DNA of 64,000 nucleotides from an uncultured Alphaproteobacteria bacterium (GTDB lineage Bacteria > Pseudomonadota > Alphaproteobacteria > HIMB59 > GCA-002718135), in assembly GCA_902635455.1 (NCBI GenBank), contig CACPNW010000003.1:12295-76294 (forward strand), given 5' to 3'. Of this stretch, positions 60,331 through 64,000 are shown in pieces. The stretch's first letter is position 1; the number at the start of each line of letters is the position of its first letter. The notes below the pieces were generated by a model. That model did not search any database, was not told the origin of the DNA, and saw nothing but the letters and a program-made list of their open reading frames with translations. The translations under genes were made by a program, and so were the position numbers.

Positions 60331-62283
60331 ATGTATTGCAACATAATAGTAACCAGGCCTTTTAACCAATCTTTCACTTATAATGTAGGTTTAAAGAAAG
60401 TTAAAAGAGGCCATTTAGCTATTGTCCCATTCGGTAAATCTACTGAAATTGGTATTATTATAGATATTAATGTTCAAAAACCTAATTATGACATTAAAAA
60501 AGTAATTAAAATATTAGACTCAATTTGTTTTAGTGAAAGTACAATTAATTTTATTGAATGGATAAATAATTATACATTAGAACCAATTGGATCAATTTTA
60601 AAATTATTTCTTATAAATAAAAAAATAATTGAATTTGATAATCCTAAAGAAAAAAAATTACAGATTCATCCCAAAAAAGTTTTCTTGAATGATGAGCAAA
60701 AAAAAGCAAAAAATCTAATTAAAAAATTTTTGAACACATCTTCAAAACCAATTTTATTAGAAGGAATTACAGGCTCTGGCAAAACAGAAGTGTATTTTGA
60801 TATAATTGAAACTTTTATTATTAAAAAAAAACAAATACTTATAATGGTTCCTGAAATCAGTTTAACTCCACAGTTAGAGAGACGCTTTTTTGAAAGATTT
60901 GGTATAGAGGTTGAAATATGGCATTCAAAAATTTCAGAAAAAAAGAGACAAAAAGTATGGCATCAATCTTATAGAGGCGACCCCCTTATTATAATTGGTG
61001 CACGTTCTAGTTTGTTTTTGCCTTTTACTAAATTAGGATTGATAATAATAGACGAAGAACATGATCCTTCATACAAACAAGAAGATTCAATACGTTATCA
61101 AGCAAGAGATTTAGCAGTTGTAAGATCTAAATATCATAATTGTGGTCTAATATTAAGCTCAGCAACGCCTTCTCTTGAAACACAAAACAATGTTAATAAA
61201 AAAAAATATCATCATGTTTTTTTAGCAAATCAATTTTCAGGATTACCTTTGCCTGCTGTTCATCTTATAGACTTAACAAAAAATAAACTTGAAAGAAATC
61301 ATTGGATTTCACCACTAATTATTTCCGAGCTATCAAAATGTTTAGAAAAAAAACAACAAGCTTTAATATTTTTAAACAGAAGGGGCTATTCTCCTTTAAG
61401 TTTATGTAGTAATTGTGGTTACAGGTTTCAATGTAATAATTGTTCCTCATGGCTAGTAAAGCATCAAGAAAAAAAACGATTAGTTTGTCATCATTGTGGA
61501 GAAATTAAACAACTAACAAATAATTGCCCTAAATGCCTAGGCAAAAATACCATCAAATCAATAGGCCCTGGTATAGAAAGAGTTGCTGAAGAGTTATCAA
61601 ATCATTTTCCAACAAAAAATATAAATATTATGTCAAGTGATAACGCTAACACTACTAAAAAAATAAAATTAATAATTGAAAAGTTTTCTAAAAATAAAAT
61701 TGATATTTTGGTTGCTACGCAAATAATGGCGAAAGGATATGACTTTCCCAACTTATCTTTTGTAGGTGTTATTGATGCAGATGCAGGTTTATTTGGGGGC
61801 GATATGAGGGCTGTTGAAAAAACTTTTAATCTTCTGCAGCAAGTAAGTGGTAGGGCAGGTAGAGCAAAACAAAGAGGTAAAGTTCTTATACAAACTTACT
61901 ACCCTGAACAGCCTGTAATAAAATCACTTAAAAATCAAGACAGAAACTCTTTTGTTAAGCAGGCTTTAAAAGATAGAGAAAATTTTAAAATTCCACCTTT
62001 TGGTTATATGACATCTTTAATTATTTCAGGCCCGTTTAAGAGTAAATTAGAGAAATACGCATCACAATTAGTTAAAATTTCAAATAAAGATAAAGAGATA
62101 TCTTTGCTAGGACCAGTTGAAGCCCCCATTTTTTTGCTTAGGGGTAAATATAGGTACAGAATACTATTAAAAGGCAATAATAGAAAAAACTTGAACAAAC
62201 TTACACTTAATATGCTAAAAATCAGTCCAAAACCTGCCTCAATTAAGGTTGTTGTTGATGTTGACCCCTATTCATTTATGTAA
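60331..62283 (+). CDS. priA: Primosomal protein N' helicase
   Basis: GITGSGKTEVY, DEEHD.SYKQ, SATPS, four CxxC, QVSGRAGR, VDVDP. Confidence 0.96.
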   Translation: MYCNIIVTRPFNQSFTYNVGLKKVKRGHLAIVPFGKSTEIGIIIDINVQKPNYDIKKVIKILDSICFSESTINFIEWINNYTLEPIGSILKLFLINKKIIEFDNPKEKKLQIHPKKVFLNDEQKKAKNLIKKFLNTSSKPILLEGITGSGKTEVYFDIIETFIIKKKQILIMVPEISLTPQLERRFFERFGIEVEIWHSKISEKKRQKVWHQSYRGDPLIIIGARSSLFLPFTKLGLIIIDEEHDPSYKQEDSIRYQARDLAVVRSKYHNCGLILSSATPSLETQNNVNKKKYHHVFLANQFSGLPLPAVHLIDLTKNKLERNHWISPLIISELSKCLEKKQQALIFLNRRGYSPLSLCSNCGYRFQCNNCSSWLVKHQEKKRLVCHHCGEIKQLTNNCPKCLGKNTIKSIGPGIERVAEELSNHFPTKNINIMSSDNANTTKKIKLIIEKFSKNKIDILVATQIMAKGYDFPNLSFVGVIDADAGLFGGDMRAVEKTFNLLQQVSGRAGRAKQRGKVLIQTYYPEQPVIKSLKNQDRNSFVKQALKDRENFKIPPFGYMTSLIISGPFKSKLEKYASQLVKISNKDKEISLLGPVEAPIFLLRGKYRYRILLKGNNRKNLNKLTLNMLKISPKPASIKVVVDVDPYSFM

Positions 62284-62301
62284 ATTACCCACAGTTCCTT
62301 A

Positions 62302-62395
62302 TATAATTTTTTAAATATCCGAATTTGACGCACAAACTGACAGTTTACCTACTTTTTCTGATGTGTTAATACCCACACACAAATTCCTTACGGAG
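62302..62395 (+). promoter_or_regulatory. Putative -10 box and structured leader of the atp operon
   Basis: TATAAT at 62302; GAATTTG/CAAATTC pairing (62321-62327 with 62380-62386); palindrome AAACTG-A-CAGTTT; GGAG RBS at 62392. Confidence 0.4.
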
Positions 62396-62404
62396 AACAA
62401 TTTA

Positions 62405-62962
62405 ATGGCATCACAACTTGCATCTGGAGACTTGATATCAGATAGATATGCGTCTGCTTTGTATGACTTAGCTGCAGAAAAAAAACTAGTTGATCCTGTT
62501 CTAGGTGATCTATCCAATTTAAAAAATATTTTAAATGAAAATAAAGAATTGCGCTTAGTTATTAAAAGCCCTTTAATAAGCTCTTCAGATAAACTTAATA
62601 TTTTTGAAACTTTATTAAAAAAAATTAATGCCAATGAACTAACAAGTACTTTTGTTAAAGTAATTGAAAAAAATAAAAGATTTTCTAACCTTGCATCAAT
62701 CATTTTTCAATTTATTAATATCAATTCTCAAAAAAGAGGTGATGTGCTTGCTGATATAACTTCTGCAGATGAATTAAATGATGATCAGAAAAATAATATT
62801 ACTAATCAGCTAAAAAGTATTTTAGGTGACAAGTTATCATTATCATTTGATGTTGATCAAAATATTATGGGTGGACTAATTGTTAAAGTGGGATCAAAAA
62901 TGATTGATACTTCACTAGCTAATAAAATAAATAAACTTAAAATCGCAATGAAGGGGGCGTAA
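62405..62962 (+). CDS. atpH: F0F1 ATP synthase subunit delta
   Basis: [25 protein letters not shown]; ATG at 62405 with GGAG RBS. Confidence 0.95.
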   Translation: MASQLASGDLISDRYASALYDLAAEKKLVDPVLGDLSNLKNILNENKELRLVIKSPLISSSDKLNIFETLLKKINANELTSTFVKVIEKNKRFSNLASIIFQFININSQKRGDVLADITSADELNDDQKNNITNQLKSILGDKLSLSFDVDQNIMGGLIVKVGSKMIDTSLANKINKLKIAMKGA

Positions 62963-64000
62963 TGGAAATAAAAGCAGCTGAAATTTCATCAGTAATAAAA
63001 GATCAGATTGCCAATTTTGAAACTAAAGCAGATGTAGCTGAGGTTGGAACAGTACTAAGTGTTGGAGACGGTATCGCGCGTGTATATGGTCTCGATAAAG
63101 TACAAGCTGGTGAGATGGTAGAATTTCCAGGTGGTATTAAAGGTATGGCCCTTAACCTTGAAATGGATAACGTCGGTGTTTCTATCTTTGGTGATGATAC
63201 AGGTATTAAAGAAGGTGATACAGTTAAACGTACAGGAGAAATTGTTGATGTTCCTGTAGGAAAAGAACTATTAGGTCGAGTTGTTGATGGTTTAGGTAAT
63301 CCGATTGATGGGAAAGGTCCTATAAAATCTTCTGAAAAAAGAAGAATTGAATTAAAGGCACCAGGAATTATTCCTCGTCAAAGTGTATCTGAGCCTATGC
63401 AAACTGGAATCAAAGCTCTTGATGCTCTTGTTCCTGTTGGAAGAGGCCAGCGAGAACTTATAATTGGTGATAGGCAAACTGGGAAAACAGCTGTAGCAAT
63501 TGATACAATATTAAACCAAAAATCTGTTAACAAATCTAACAACGAAAAAGATAAACTATATTGCATTTATGTTGCTATCGGTCAAAAAAGATCAACAGTA
63601 GCACAGATTGTTAAAACTCTAGAAGATAACGGCGCAATGGAATACACTATTGTTGTATCTGCAACTGCATCAGAGCCAGCTCCTCTTCAATTTTTATCGG
63701 CTTACACTGGTTGTACAATGGGTGAATTTTTCAGAGATAATGGAATGCATGCTCTTATAGTTTATGATGATTTGTCCAAACAAGCTGTTGCTTATCGACA
63801 AATGTCTTTATTGTTACGAAGACCTCCAGGTCGTGAGGCATATCCAGGTGATGTTTTTTATATTCATAGCCGCCTACTTGAAAGAGCTGCAAAAATGAGT
63901 GATGAGCACGGAGGCGGAAGTTTAACGGCCTTACCAATTATTGAAACACAAGCTGGTGATTTATCTGCTTATATTCCAACTAACGTTATTTCAATAACGG
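62962..64000 (+). CDS. atpA: F0F1 ATP synthase subunit alpha (partial, runs off the window)
   Basis: Hand translation [16 protein letters not shown]...[11 protein letters not shown]...[17 protein letters not shown]...[13 protein letters not shown]; absent from the ORF track because it has no stop in the window. Confidence 0.97.
   Translation, partial: MEIKAAEISSVIKDQIANFETKADVAEVGTVLSVGDGIARVYGLDKVQAGEMVEFPGGIKGMALNLEMDNVGVSIFGDDTGIKEGDTVKRTGEIVDVPVGKELLGRVVDGLGNPIDGKGPIKSSEKRRIELKAPGIIPRQSVSEPMQTGIKALDALVPVGRGQRELIIGDRQTGKTAVAIDTILNQKSVNKSNNEKDKLYCIYVAIGQKRSTVAQIVKTLEDNGAMEYTIVVSATASEPAPLQFLSAYTGCTMGEFFRDNGMHALIVYDDLSKQAVAYRQMSLLLRRPPGREAYPGDVFYIHSRLLERAAKMSDEHGGGSLTALPIIETQAGDLSAYIPTNVISIT

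Overview
An AT-rich, very tightly packed segment of a streamlined alphaproteobacterial chromosome, probably a marine Pelagibacterales/HIMB59-like lineage. That placement is inferred from low GC, minimal spacers, proteorhodopsin, gcrA and gene order, not from a search. Most of the window is core genome: a contiguous ccmABCDEFGH operon, acnA-helicase-TerB-fdxA-carD, dusA/panB, pgk, yciB-ftsY-mtaB-dapF, ffh-rpsP-rimM-trmD-rplS-leuCDB-asd, zapE, sdhCDAB-mdh-sucCDAB-lpdA, DUF484-fsa, priA and the start of the atp operon. Two short accessory-looking stretches flank two tRNA-Arg genes (CCU and the unusual UCG). I found no CRISPR array, transposase, integrase or phage gene. The signals most worth following up are: (1) a 60-aa K/R/A/P histone-H1/protamine-like gene with its own structured leader and terminator; (2) an unannotated 140-nt 6S-like hairpin RNA candidate next to a DnaA-box AT-rich spacer before sdhC; (3) tRNA-Arg(UCG) with G37; (4) a blue DTE proteorhodopsin with no signal peptide; (5) a catalytically degenerate metallophosphoesterase behind carD; (6) no xerC at its usual site; (7) small genes missed by the ORF track (ccmD, the ccmH start, a 45-aa ORF). 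I cannot establish a genuinely new system from sequence alone, so these remain candidates.
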